This document shows positions 26,701-41,541 of a stretch of 64,000 bases of DNA, in pieces. The number at the start of each line of letters is the position of its first letter. Position 1 is the stretch's first letter. The position numbers and the translations under genes are program-made. The DNA comes from Fimbriosthenelais zetlandica (Eukaryota). The notes below the pieces were generated by a model. It made no database searches and was not told where the DNA came from. It worked only from the letters and a program-made list of their open reading frames with translations. The DNA lies in the NCBI GenBank assembly GCA_977030845.1, contig OZ365115.1:30690001-30754000 (forward strand), given 5' to 3'.

Positions 26701-28976
26701 GTTGTCTCAGAGATTATCGCTGGGCTGTATCCCCCTGTCTCTCACTCTGATCTAGCCTTCACCAGACACCGATGCTTGGTGGGGTTGGATCATTACATAG
26801 ATTATTGTCTGGTTGGGCGATTTTCGGATGGTATCCAATAAGCAGATTTATGACTGGGTGGGCCTAGCCGATCCACATCAATCCATAGCACATTTAACAC
26901 TGGATCAAGGCTCTAAAATGGGCCTGCATGTGTCCTTCTCAAAGCAATAACATCTCTGTCTGCCAAAGTTTGAGGTCCGAAGAAGATAATTCAACTGAAT
27001 GCAAAGTATCAAAGAGCATAAAGTTATATTATATTATGTTTCTATAAAGGGTTCACGAAGGATAAATAGACACATGAATGTTGATACAATCCAGAGTCTG
27101 ATTATCCCCAGTCTGGAAGCAGCTTAATCCAGTGTAAATCCAGATTGTGAGTTCTTTTATTGCTCCGAGCTGCTCACTGGAGGAAAAGCACTGGCTTCTG
27201 TACCAGAAAACAGGTTCTGACCTCTGGTATTATAAGTGGAATAACACTCATTGTATGAGAACCCCTACTCCAGGGTCTGAGTTGGTGGTATAGTGGTGGT
27301 GCGAGTGGCAGTACATTTGAGTATGTATTGGTACCTATATAATATTCTCCAGGGTTCTGTATGCACAACACCCACCACACATAACTACACCCTCCAAAAT
27401 GATGGGGGTATCAGGGTATCCCCTCCATGGCACATATAACAATAGCCAGGGTGACCTCCCACATGGCTTTGTTTTTAAGTGGAGAATGGCCTCAGGGTAC
27501 CTTTTAGGAAAGTGCTCTTCATATTCCTCCTCTGACTCCAGGGTGTGATCTGGAAGAGATCTGGAGTTACACCAGTGGGACCCAATATGTGCCTCTAGGG
27601 TGGCTCTAGAGCCCCTGTAACAGATTTGTTTCCCAAACTAAAACCATCTGCGGGGGATCCACATAAACGAAGCTTAAGAATGGGGAGATAATCTTTCAAT
27701 GCTTTCAGCCACATATTTAGACACCTGAAGAAACTGGATCGATCCCAGAGGTAGAGCCTTGCATGATGAATAATAAACCATAAAAAATTTCAGTTCAAGG
27801 TAACTCGAGAGTAAATTCCTCAGCGTAATCTAATGACAGTATACTTCTAACTCACTCTTCCAGTGATCGTATCCTTGGATCAATTGTATTCCATTCTTAA
27901 TGCATTGAGCAATCACGAATACTTCACAAGTACTGTGACCAACCATATGCATCATGTTCCAGAATTGATTAATCAAGTATAATTTCTTCTCATGGGGCCC
28001 CATTCTAAGTTACAGGCCTCTTGTATGTACATTATACCTATGTCCATGCAGTTATACTGCTTGTTCTGAAGAATTTAAGAGAATCATTGGACGATCAACA
28101 CCTAGACCTAAGGTTAACTCGTGGTTGGTTAATAGTGACTGACAGTGCCAAGGTCTGGAATCTACCATTGCCGTCCGTACAATTTGCCTACGTCAAATAA
28201 ATAATTGTGGTTTATATGAGATTAAGATATATACGAGCTCCCTGCATGCCAAATCATAATCGTCACAACTATTATTTAAGACATGACCTCAACCAAAGAA
28301 CGGATAGGTCATCACGAATATAAAACTATAACTATAACCACAAATATAACCTAGTTAGAATTAGACTGCAACAGAATGACTTTGACGAAGGCAATACATT
28401 ATACTATCACGGTGCTGACAGAATATAGGCACAAAGAATACAGTTCTGAGTTGCATATAATATACCAAGTGTGGGCTTATTTCAGTCTAGGAAGACCAAG
28501 CCATATATGAGGACCACAGAGGGAGGGATCTGATAGTATTGATGTGTTTGCCGGTCACTTTTATCATAGGGATCAATCGTTGACCATAGCATGCAGTGGT
28601 GAGAGGCCAGGGGGATGAAACGAGCAGCCTGCGGAAAGAGCGTGTCATGAGCAAGAGCAGCTCAATGATGGAGCCGTATAGGACATGACTACCTATATGA
28701 TAACCCGTCTTATAACACTGTCCAATGTCCCTCAGCTCAAACAAGCAATAGTTCAGATCCCCTCGAGGCTTGGTGGCCAAGGGAGACAGAAGAGAGGGTT
28801 AGATTGACATAAGGGACTTGCAGTAGGGGCTTGAGGAAGGATGGTTTTGGCAAAGGGGAGAGAGAGCCCACTGAAGTGCATTCGGCCTAATGTCGCAATT
28901 CTTAGCTTAAAAAGAATGTCTGCTTACCAAAAGCAGTATTTTCATACCCTTGATTTTTTTTAATATTAGTTAAAAT

Positions 28977-29360
28977 ATGATATTTGTCGGGGTTTGGACC
29001 AGAAACATCACAGTTGATTTTTCTGCCCTCGAGGAGGCAATTTGTTGCTTGCCATCAAATGCGACCAAGCGGGTGATATTAGAGGGAGATATTTGTCTAT
29101 CTATTGATTCCCTATGGTCAGTGTCATGTATGTGTTTTCAGTTGGAAGTACCGGGTTGCACTGAGGTTGCTCTCTCACATGGACTTTCCAGGCTATCTAC
29201 TGCCTATTTGCCTGTTCCCTTGTCACTTTTGGTAATGGCTTCATTCTGCCATGTTCCCAAGAGGGACATGGACAAATTGCTCATTTTTGTGTTTTCATAT
29301 GAAATTTGTCCGATAAGAACTCATGACTGAATTGGAAGTATATCTGACGTGGAAAATTGC
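28977..29360 (+). mobile_element. Decayed non-LTR retrotransposon APE endonuclease fragment (CR1/L2-like)
   Basis: ORF segment FSALEEAICCLPSNATKRVILEGDI (cf. FxxxLEExI..P...VILxGDFN), then LSHGLSRL, DKLLIFV and GSISDV (cf. xGLxQ, LDLIF, ISDH). Confidence 0.55.
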
Positions 29361-32300
29361 AGTGCCTTTAAATGGCAATTTGATCGATGATAAATATCTG
29401 ATGAAATCCAAATATTCCCCTATTTTAAATTACAAGCTTGAATGAACGGATTATCCATTGCCAAGCACATCAGTTTTATACTTCCTAACTGATGGATTCT
29501 GCCTAAAGTTTATAGTCAAATCTAATTCTTATAGAGCTAAGTTGCTGCTATCAGGACTTTCTTGTAGTGAATTCTTGCAGTGATTAAGGAGCTTCTAGAT
29601 GACCGTTGGTTTAGCAACTGGTCCAATGGCATCCTGTTGCCTTCCGCCAATATCTCTGGACACAATGGTCCCCAAACCCCATGAGGCTTCACTTGGAGGT
29701 AACATCCTTTTGGGAAATATAGGCGAGCCTTGCAGCGTAACGGGCCATTGGCTTTTATAGGCATCTTAGTGGACTGCTGAGTCGGCTACTTGTGTTGAGT
29801 GGGTGGGTTTTTTGTTTCTTTGTCCCCTGTTGGTAACACAAGCGCGAAATTGGGTTGTGTTTCAATGAGATTCCCCTGTGATGGTTCCAGTTTAAATTGC
29901 TGAATTGCCTTCAATAATGAATCTCACTGCTGAATATACTGATCGTACTAGTTTCAGAAGGAAGTCTTTTCATTCACTGAGGTCATATGATGCATTTCCA
30001 AAACTTGAACTTGGTCTTGATTGGGATCTGGGCCCAAATAGTCGACCTTGTCATATGACTGACCCAAATATATGCTTAGAAATATGAATAATCTCTATGT
30101 AGCCGAACACTGCATACGTCTCAGCTGCATATGGCAAGGCATTTCGGGAAAGCTATAGAACAGACGAGGGGTCGATATTTAGAATCGGTATAGGTTTGAT
30201 TTCCTCCCCTCCAGCACAATGTCCAATGTCCAGCCTATATACAGGAAAAGAAGCATGTGGTCTTGGTCCCATACTGACAGCTTGAAGTAAAAGTAAATGT
30301 TTGCAAATGGTAAGATTCCAGGGAGAGGGATCAGTGCTGTAAGGGAAGTGCAGGGGGTGGATGTACCTCGTAACTTCTGTGACATTCTGAGTATACATTT
30401 AAATTGACTATAGTCATGGAGTTTGAAATCTCATGGGAATTACAATATAATGTGTATCTAATAAGTTAATTATTGGGTAAGTAATGAGTAGTCTCATCAA
30501 TATTTAACTTCTAGAAGAGTTTATCAAGGGCACAGGCGTAGACAGTCACAGACAGTGAAAGTTAGCCTAGTGCGATGAATGTTGACATCCTAGCCCCCAG
30601 ACTTCAGCTATTCAGGCGGATGAAAGAAAAGCAATACTTGTCCACGAGCCAATGATTGTAAAGTACAATGTTTTGTCCCACAGACAATGGCAGAGTGAAT
30701 GCTATTCTTCCTCATCTCATCTATCTATCGACATCCAATTTGTCGCTGGTGCACAGTACCCGTCAGTCTTTTGGTGCTATCAGGGACTCTAATGTGTGCT
30801 AAAATAAGTTCCCCTCTCCCGTCTACGAACCTGGTTGGATATTATTGATACTGGTGAAGCCAGAAAGATGACTGTTGGTCTCCTTATGTGATTCTATAGA
30901 AATATAGAAATGCAAAAGAACCTTGATATGAACAGAATGGAATGCTTATCAATTGACGTTATGAGAATGCTTGGTATTATAAATCTGCCGATACATTATG
31001 CATGAGCGATACTATATTAATCATATCTATATCGTACAGGCACTGAGCAGTCAGCCACACAGCATACCTGGCATGCATTAAGAAGGCAAAATTGATCTAC
31101 GAGTTTGATTATCTAGATGCCAGTGAAGTGAGATATCTTAGAGACGAGCACAGTGTTAGCTTAGTATCTGAGGCCCTCTAATTATCAAGCAACCAGAGAC
31201 TCAAACCAATACATTCAATATGAGTAGCAGGCCTCAGTCATAAAACCACCGAGTCCATTCAACCTCTTGTACGTTGCAGAATATTCCATGAAAAATGAAC
31301 CAGAACTTCCAAAATTGACAACTTTGTGATAAAAGACACAGAAACAGCACAAAATGTCTTGGCTTTCAAAGTCTGTTCAGCTGGAATAAACGAAGTGTCA
31401 TCCCTTTGCACCGACTGGCCTTATTTTAATAGTTACAGTGTGCACTGAAAATTGTCTTTCCTTTGATATCGACCCAGAGGATGATCTCATGTGGATATCA
31501 ATGATGATAAATAGTGGTGTGTCCAAATAGGCGGTCCAGGAAATGAAATAAAACTGAGAACAGGACCTGGCAACAGAGCGGCCGTGCATGAGCTTCGGTT
31601 GGTTTTGGCTCCCGTGTAAGTTCTATGGGTACAGTTTGCCTGAAAGGGCTTTGGTGCCATATTTAGGAAAGGGAGTCTTTGAAGGTTTTAAAAGAATGTC
31701 AATATTTTAAGTTATGACAGAGGGATCATGTTTCAGGGGTTGTTTTGGTGTGAGCTAGGTTTTTATTGAGTTGATATAAATAGGCATATTATTTATATGA
31801 GGTAAGAAGTCACATCCATATGGAAACATAAAGTGCACTGAATTGTACTTTTCACAGACATGAAGCTTGTCATTGACAATTATATTCGCAGAACTTTGCG
31901 ACTCAATAACGTAGGAATGTAAAACATTTTTGGGTGGCTTAAAGATATAGTTATAATTGGAAGTTATAATTCAACTGTCCGACACCCTGTGACATGAGGT
32001 CATGTTTAAAGCAGTGTCAGGTGTATGGCTTTTACATAAGGGGATTATTAGCTGTATAATGAGACAATATGACACATTTTATTGATCTCTCTGACTAATA
32101 CGACAAGGTGGAACTCTTGGTTGGGTCCTTAATTCAATTTTGATTTGACAGACCTACATAATTATACAGCTCGCTACAGACAGAGAGGATATGTTTTATT
32201 TATGTAGTTTAATATGAAATTAACAAATATTTCATTCTAATATTTGATCTTCTGTCATTCCAATATGCCAATCCTCTCCGGTAACAGCAAAAAGTTGTCA

Positions 32301-35300
32301 GATTTGTACATGCAGTACATATTTAAATGTAAGCTCATAATTGACCAGGGGACTGAAACCCTCATGAATAACATTCGATATAGTCCTAATAGTCTTGCTT
32401 GGTATGGCCTGAGAAATACATATTGTAAATTTATGTGCCATACATTTAAGGGAAATGACCACCACCTACACAGGTATAAGGTGGAATAGTATGTAATAGT
32501 GATGGAACCACACTTGACCATTTTGACTTCATCCCTTAAGGACAGGCTCAATTTCAGGCCATCAGTTCTCAGTCCCAGAGGTCATGAATCAATAATGAAA
32601 ACTGCACTTGTTTCGCTTTAAACAAAGACCCAGAAGCAGGAAGAATTGCTTTCCATTCCCAGTCGAGCAGAGTCCGCTCCTCATGTCATTGGTCGAGCTC
32701 CCTTCACTTCTTATAAATCCAGAAAGGAGCTGGTAGTGTGACAGCTGGGGTCCCATAGTGACACTCGCAGACTGCTGTCACATCCATCAGCTGTCGGTAT
32801 AATGAGTTAGCCTCTCGTGGGGCTGATACACTGTCACAAATGTCTAAGTTTCTGCTGACACTTCAACCCTGACTTCTTCCCTTTGGTACCATTGCCTTTT
32901 CAAAGTTAGCATCATGCCATGGAATAGATATTTGCTCAGGGCCATTGGTCTAGCTGGCTTGAAATGGAGATGGGTGGATGGGAGCCACTTGAGCAATACA
33001 TTTATAATGTATCGATATCTATTTAGAGAACTGAGATTATATGAGGGGAGGAGGCGAGACTTTAACAGTGTCTGTTGTTACATAGTAAAAAACATGGACA
33101 ATGATTGTGATAAAATATATCTTCTAAAAAAAGAATGAAGGCAGGACAAATGAGAACCTTGTCAGGACTTTGTATCTCACTGTCCCATCCCACCGTCGTT
33201 TCCACCTCTCATTAGAACACCCCGACATTGTATTCATGAAAAAGGTGTCTGATTTTAATCTTTGGCATACGGCCCATGTTGCTAATTCAAGACTAACCCC
33301 TAAAGAAGACCTAGGCGGGAGGTGGGAATAGACTCATACATTTATACATATGATCCTGGCACGGAGCGGGACACAGCCCGCTAGTGCTTCCTAAATGAAA
33401 AGAACGTCCAGAGTGAGAACAGATGTCTTTTTCTCACGGACATTTTTTTTCGTTAAGATAAAGATTATCAATTTTGGCTTCGTGCCTGCGCCTTCTGTGG
33501 CCCAAACCAAACTTGAAAAAAGCCATTGCAGGAGTGGTCTCAACGTGGGGTGGCGAGAATAAGTCGTGGAATATGGTTGAAAGTTATCAATTATTCAAAA
33601 CCAAAAATATTCCCATGTAAATAAAAGTGAATTAATAATTTAAACTTATAGTTTAGTTGTGCTAGCTCTGGATGTGGCATTGTTTTGTCCATCACGATGT
33701 TGGCCTACATGCATTGCACTTTAATTGAAGATCCAGGAAGTCGACATTCACAGGACTGCCATTCATTGGATCTTGAAAAAAATTCTTTTCAACTTTCCCG
33801 GCGTTTATTACTTTTAGAAAATTGAGGCCAATCATTTAGTTGATGGTTGGACAAGCAAATATTAATGCCTCTCTTGCCTTATATGTCTTCCCTATACTCG
33901 GATTATTGCTTCCGGCTCTGGCTTTCTTGAAAGAGGATGCCATTTGAGGTTGACTTAGTTTACTATTAAAGTCACACTGTCCAGTGACCTCCCGGTCAGT
34001 ACGTGCCAATATTATTGTTTTTCTTTATCCATAAGTTTCTCCCACCATTGACATTAAATTAGAGACTTTAAGAAAATAAAACAATTTATAGCAGCGATGG
34101 GCAATTTGCCATGACCTCCTTCAGATAGACTTTGGTCGCATTAAATCTTCATTGTATGTATTCAGCTGGCATTTCCAGTCGATTACTTCGCGATTTTCGA
34201 AGCACAATGGACACTGGCAATTACAATATCCAGAGATGAAAAAGAGAAAATAATAAAATCTCGCAACTTTTAAAGAAACTCAAATTGTTGCGAGGATTAT
34301 AGTCAAATTATTCATCTAGTCATAAACTTGTGCGAAACATAAATTCATAATTTGTTAGACCACATACATTTGGCAATAAATATTATAGATATTTCATTTT
34401 TAGTTATAGAAAATAAAAAATAAAATATTACCCTTATTAGGTCATCACTGCAAGTATGGGTTATACCCACGCACAACAAAAGTTAGTTCAACACAACTTC
34501 AACAAAAAAAGTTATGTATAAAAGAACAATAACCATGAAAATATACATTTCACTGACCTTCACAGAAGACGATTGGCTCAGGTAATCACAAAAAGAGATG
34601 TAGATTCGAATTAATAAATTATATCCCAAAATGAGGAAAATACAGTATTCCGCCGATTTTAGAAACACCTTCACATATGGGTAGAAGTCCAGTAACTATA
34701 GTAGGTGTGGATCTGTGTGTACAGAGATGCCGACTAATGTATGTGTATACACACTGGATTAGCCCCACCCCACCATACATAGGAGCATGTGTTAATATAT
34801 GCATGAGAGTGTGTCTATGTGGCCAGTGGGTGGATGTATGGAATGAGGTGGAGGAGGTGGTGAAGAAGTAGGTAATGGTATAATTGCTTGTGGTATTCCC
34901 TATTGTACTGGGATTGTAGTGAACAAGGTGTTAGGGAGGAGGTCTGATGGGTGGAGTGTGGCTGGGAAAGGCTTATGGCAAGACAGGTGGTGAACAATTT
35001 AAAGGTTCAATCATTATGTATGGCTACTTAAATTAAGGAGGAGGGGTAGCAGAGCAGTGCATGTATCTTTTGCATGTTTTTTGCCTTCTCAATAAAACCT
35101 TTTGGCTATACTCTGAGTATAGAAATTGGTTACATCAGCACTAATTTCACAATAATACTTTAATGTAAAATTGGGCATCCGTCAATGATATATCCTCAAA
35201 GAAATGTTCAATACATTGATAAATAAGAATTAATGAATAATTGTTAGGGAAAATATGAAAAAAATACATGTAGGAAGAGACTCAATAGTATATATTCTTC

Positions 35301-38300
35301 ATAAAACCCCTAACATGAAATACCAACCCAGCCCTTTCAAGATGATGGAGCACTTAAACAAAGATGTGGCCCAGATGTGGACGTAAATACATAGAGTAGA
35401 TTGAGATGTGGGTGGGTTTAGTCCGCCCTGGGGCATTAACACTAATCCTCGGGCCACACAATGAGATTAGCGGGAATTAAGGAGCGCCAACCTGTTACAG
35501 ATTATAATGGCCTTACTGCCTGATATGCATCCTCAGCTATATAAGATGCTATATAGCAATGGAGGCCTGTGAATCGATAACTCTTCAAAAGTGAAGAATA
35601 TCTTCAGGGTTATGATGTTAATACGTGATATTCATATTGCCTGGAATTCATAGATTCATATCCAAAATTCAGGGGGTTGAAATTCATGCCCCATGGCATT
35701 GCCCCTATACGTCAGTCACAATGCACCAATATCAGTGACAGCTTTAATAATTTAGCATAATAATTGAATTGGATATATTGCTAAATGGCGTAGGGAAACC
35801 CCCGTTTAATTTCATAATTGGACTACATCATCATCGTGCATGTAATTGCAAATTGTGGAGTATAATAGTCATCATTACCATAGGCCATAAGGCAATATTT
35901 TATAATAAAATATTTCCAACCATAGGGCCTAGCTCAATATGGTCGAAAGACACATATAGGCCTAAAATTACTAATGTTAAGTTTATGAGCGGTATTTTTT
36001 GCTTTGAAACAGGCCCCACATAGAACTGGTATGGCTTTATATATGGGGATGCTCATTCAAAATTCTCCAGGATCAGTGTAATACTACGGGGCTCCGGTTC
36101 CATTAGGACCCTAGATACCCGAGGAAATGTCCCAGAAATGTCTCTCCTGTCTACAATAGCGTAGATTATGTCAACACATGGCATATCCTACAGCTTGTAG
36201 TAGTGTTTAATAACAAGAGAGCAATTTTAGTACTGAAAAGATTTGGAAAATTTCGAGGGGAAACATTTTGGGATATTATTTGAGGTACTTTTCTCCTTAA
36301 ATGGAAATAAAACATTTTTATAATCGGATATAGCATTATTCAAACAATTAATGTGGTGACAGCCTCTCCTGATACAAACATAACTCATATAGAGGCCCTT
36401 GTCAGCTGTAAGAATGCTAGTAACATGTAGTCTATGGACACACACCCAATATTTTGGGAATGTTGTACAATTAAACTAAGCTTTGCTTACTCTCACAACA
36501 TGAAAGGGTCGAGAAGTGTGGGCCACATTTAGCCAACTTGGTAAACCCTGAGGAATATACCAAATAAAGGATCAATCCTTGTATGGGTTTACATTATAGT
36601 ACACACACTCAATAGCTCACATACCGTTAGATGGACCCACGAAATTTTATATATATTTCCATTGATATTCTTCATAAATTTAGCACAGGCCTTCCCTAGT
36701 GATCACTCCAACAAGTGAGGCATCGTCTAATGCCCTCACCTCCCGAGCCAGTCTCAACAAAAGGTTACATTCCTCACCTAATTAGTGAGCCAACTCCGCA
36801 ATGAAACATTCTTTCAATAAGTTTAAACCTGTAAAGTTCTTTCTTGAACTGCCTTCTGGATATGTTTAGTGTCTGGCTAGGCTTAAAATAGTTGGCGCCT
36901 TCCCCACCAGACTGGCCAGCCACGTTTTAAAATGATTACCGGAAGTCAATGCCAAATGAGCAAGTCAAGTATAATACTATTAGTCTTCATTTGCATATAT
37001 AGAGTTCGTCACAAACTTTCCAAGAAAATTTGAACTTCCTTAAGCTGCAAAAGAAGGGAAAATGTCTGGGGCTAGTAATGAAGAAAGTTCAGGCCTAATA
37101 ACAAACCCAAAATGTATTGTAATGAGGACACAAAGTTCAATAGAAGGTCGCAATGAGGAATTCGTGACAAGTCAGATTCAGGACCATATAACCATAATGA
37201 CATGTAGTATGAAATGCATTTTTAGGTCCCTTCATTTCAGGCCTTCCCTTACTATGATTATGCAATTGGACCTTTGTGTAAATTTGTCCTTTTGATCATC
37301 TCCATCTGCTGACCTTAGATCTGGGACAAGGTCATGCAGAGCCCACTGGGAATGATGATGACCCACTTATACACTTCTAAATATATTCTAGGAAGTTGAG
37401 ATTTGTGTGTAATGGGCACATTAATGAATATAGAATGGTCTATTAAGTTAGATGAATCTACTCTACTAGTTATCATGCCGTGTTCAACGTTTCTTAAGAA
37501 ATAAAATATCATGAAATGGAATTTAGGAAGGCTTTATCTTATTATTCTGTGATGACATTAACATCTTCTATTGAAGTGGGCTTTTGCAAGAATGATTATG
37601 AGGGGTCAATTTTTACATTAACTAATAAATACTGACAAAACCAGGAGCAAGGAAAAGGCCATCAAAGCCCATTGCTAGAAACCTTTCCAGTTTACTTTTT
37701 TCTAGCTTTGACCCTTGATCCTGAAACCGTGCACCATTTAGCAAGGTCAGGATCATGCCCTTGACTGTACCTCAGGATCAGCGAGTTGAACAGCTGGTCG
37801 TTGCCGGGTCACTTAGCTAAGTAAACTAGCCACTGGTTATAGAGGGAGCACCTTGTGCAATGGGAGAAGCTATATTATATCATGTGGGAGACAAGGCTTC
37901 ATTAGAGCTGGCTTTGTTAGCCGCAGCTTCAGTCAGTCGTCCAAGTAGCATGCGTTGAATGCGAATTGATTTAGCCAATAGTTGCCCTCTTGCCATTCCC
38001 ATTCTTTAGTTCTTGTCTCTTTGTTTTTCTGCACCTGATGCACATGCAATTTACTTTCCCCAAACCACAATCCAGCTGGTGCCCCTGCGTGATTAAATTG
38101 TTGATGTTTGTGTTTATCTTAAGCGCCACACTAGGGATGTTTAGTCTTTTTTCATTTTGAAAAAAAATTAAGATAATTCACTCACATTTTTTTTATCGAT
38201 CTATCGTTGCAAGATATAGGGCCTAATCTACCAGGTCAAAATTAATATTAAAGTGATAGATGGGACGACTATTTTATCGAGTGCTTCCCTTATCGGTAGT

Positions 38301-40464
38301 ATTCAAATCAGGGGGCATTTATCTGTGGAGAGTGCATCTGAGGTTCATCTTGTATTCTACTCTGAACTACTGTGGATAAATCAGGAGCCTAAATGTGTAT
38401 GAGGGGATTGCCCCAAACCAATCCATCGACATTACAGGCCTGATTGACCCTCTGTCTTCAAATCCAGGGTTTCCAGAGCTTTGCTTACAAAGCTGATAAG
38501 GAAAAGTGAAGAGCTAAGTACACAAAGTTTAACCTCAAATTCCCATGAATGTAGCTCAACAAGTGCCATAAAATATGATAGACTGGAGACAAATAACATG
38601 TGACTTTTTTGAGAAGTAAACCAGGGAATTGTGGTCATAACTTCTCTTAATTGTACATGACATAAGGCAGGTTCTACAGTCTCCCACCAGCTGGCACTCA
38701 TGTAGACCAGTTTCTGATCCACCGGACATCATATATTATATATGTGTGAATACTTTGGGCCTAACCCTATATGATAATCGCCAAATGTCCAATAGCATAA
38801 TGCAAAGGGGCAATACTTGTGCTTAATATTCCTCTATTTATAATCAACTCCCAATGATGTGAAGTTATAGCATACTCATTTAGCAATTGACAATCCATAA
38901 AGGGGGATTTGTAACCAATCTATTTCACAATTACAGAGGTTATACAATAGTTTCTTATTGACCTTAAATGTCAAGGACAGTAAACTGCAGGTCCATTGGA
39001 TTACATACATCGATGATGAATGTATATAGGTTCAATGTGCGTGTAGACGGAGGTATCTACGAGGAGCAGCTGTTCTAATCAAGTGACATATGGAACTCAA
39101 TGTCGAGAAGAAGCAAACAAACACTCTACCTTACATGGAGAAAAGTGGCCACAGTCAACCATGCAAGGTTCCAGATCTATTATTTTAAAGGCATTACAAT
39201 TAAACACTTAATATTAAGTCATTGAAGCAAATTTATATGAGTGAGGGGGATGACCCCATCTGTCATCTGAATAATTAAATAAATATTATATTAGCACACT
39301 TCCTGAAGAAATCTTTTGTTTCCTTTACTGATGCAAATAGGCCTATATCGAACGAGAATATAATACGGGATGAATGAATCACCTACGGGATATGGCCCAT
39401 ATATTTCTCAGTCATAACCTAATAAGTTTTCAAATGTAATCCATGTAAAACATAAAAATGTACCTACCTCTGGGACTGACTTTTACTATTTAATTTCCAC
39501 ATCGTGAATTCTACATCGACGACAATCCAAAGTCGAAGATCTAATAAAGGTTAATCCAATCGAATTCCAAATCAGACCACTTGATTCCTCCAGTCTGGAG
39601 ATCAATGGAAGGAAAGACTGGGAATATATATTAGTTCTTTCCCCTCCAGATGGACAATAAAATTCAGTTCCACCTCTCAGCTAAATCGCATCACCATCTG
39701 AAGTGCCTTTGGGGGTCGCTGACTCAAGATGTTTATTCCAATTTGACAGCTCTTTTCCCCCTCTCCAAGCCAAACTCAAATCCACTTTCCTCTATTGAAG
39801 AACCCTACTCAATCCAGTGCAGGTTCACATGTATCTCTTTTTAAGCCTTTGGGAAAGAAACAGAGTGTTTCCAAACTTGTAGCAGAGCTGGATATACCTG
39901 CAGGATGTTGAAGGATACAAGATATTGGTACAGACACCATGTGAAATCGATGATCTAATGCAGTTGGCGAGGGGCCATGAACTTTTACATCTTGCTGTCA
40001 ATGCCCTTCACAGAGTAACCTTTTCACTTCTCCTCATGCCACCCCAGGGACTGAGTGAAAGGGTGTCTGATCCTACTCTATGTATGTATGTTCCACACTT
40101 AAAAAGGTCTCTATGGGGGAGAGCTTTTTACACATTACTACAGGATAATCCAGTATGGGATATATAGTGGGACCCCACGTTCCTTCAATCTACTGATCTT
40201 CTAAGCCGCATAGAGGCAGGCAAAAATTCCCTGTCACTCAGAAACCAAAAGGAGCAGCAAAACCTCGCGAGCCTTCATGAAACAGATGCAAGATGATCTT
40301 CAATTGCTTTCCACTCCATTGCGAAGGGTAGCCTAATATAATATCAGTTTATGCCGAAGAGTTAAGATGTTGAGAAGTGGAAAGAGCAATTTTTCAGAAT
40401 TTAAGTGGCCTTTCAAACCATGCACATATGTCTGTACCAGCTACTGCACGACTCTTTTAGCTGA

Positions 40465-40630
40465 GAGTAATCAGAAAGCTCTGCTTAACTCTGCCCATGA
40501 CTGAATTCTAATGGCCTCATTGCTTTTTCCTCACGGAACTAAAATCCATCAATGCATGCATGTTCTGTGCAACAGAGAAACTCCATTTCCAAAAGAAACC
40601 ACAAATTGCTTCCGTGGAAGTCACAGCCTA
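40465..40630 (+). mobile_element. Possible remnant of an RLE-type (HERO/CRE-like) non-LTR element C-terminus
   Basis: KALLNSAHD*ILMASLLFPHG followed by frameshifted KKPQIASVEVTA* (cf. LLxSAxDWxLxAD..LxFP..KxVxxxELTVPW, with stops at both Trp positions). The diagnostic RPDI motif is not visible. Confidence 0.25.
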
Positions 40631-41465
40631 GACATTCATGTATTTGATGTCCTTTGAAAGTTTCTCCTGAAACATCGTCAACATCAGCAAATAAATCTAT
40701 GATATGAGTCCAGGTAAAAGACAGTTTTTCTAAAAGGGAAAGCAATTAGTTTATCCCTACTGCTCAATGTTCCCTTGATCCATTTCACGATCCATTTCAT
40801 TAGTACAAGTGCAAGACGAATCTCAATGGAATGTGCGATATTCAGCAAACTAGCAATGATGTAAAATAAAATATATTCCCCACTTGAATATCTTTGAAAT
40901 CCAAATAATTAATTAACCCTTGTATGAGGGTGTTGGTGAGGTGGGTAGAGGAGGTATAACGTGTTGGAATCGACAGACCCAGCACTCCTATACCACTCCT
41001 CCTCCAGCCTCTTTCACCTACCACATCCACAGACCAACTGGAGTGGTAGGCTATAATATCAGACGCTCTCTCTTCTCCAGACCGTCTGTCAGAGGCCTCC
41101 TGTCTCTCGCTCCTCATGTAACCTTCTCCAGGGTGTGTGAGGGATATTCGGTAGCTGGTGGAAAAGCTGGAGAACCAAGTTGAGGAATCATTTATGCTGC
41201 ATATCTCAGCCCTGATGGAGTCTTTTAAGCCATTTTTTAAACGAAACTTAATTTGTCTATCCAAAGGATTCTATCAATTGCTTGCCAAATGTATTTCAAT
41301 CTGTTTTCCATTACCAATATGTCATGCTTCACATGACTTGCCCATGCTTTCTACTGAATCAATGACCATACCTTAATTTACAAATAACAAGCATGACAAG
41401 CAAGCAGGCATAACACGCCTTCAGGTTTTGCAATACATATTCTTGTTATTTCATTTGACACTTAC

Positions 41466-41541
41466 ACTGCAGTAATATGGTAAGCAATTTGGCGCCTAAG
41501 TACATAATGCTGTTCTCTATCTGACCCTGGGATATTTTCAT
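41466..41541 (-). CDS. Candidate 76-nt exon, possibly of the LIM gene
   Basis: Strong acceptor tttaactttcccccacag and donor GT|gtaagt. Two open frames, e.g. (D)ENIPGSDREQHYVLRRQIAYHITA. No recognisable domain. Confidence 0.35.

Noticed and set aside
40842-41376. 140-aa minus ORF and overlapping plus ORFs (LVEKLENQVEESF...)
   Set aside because: No domain, no consistent splice pair, and open frames on both strands suggest locally low stop density.
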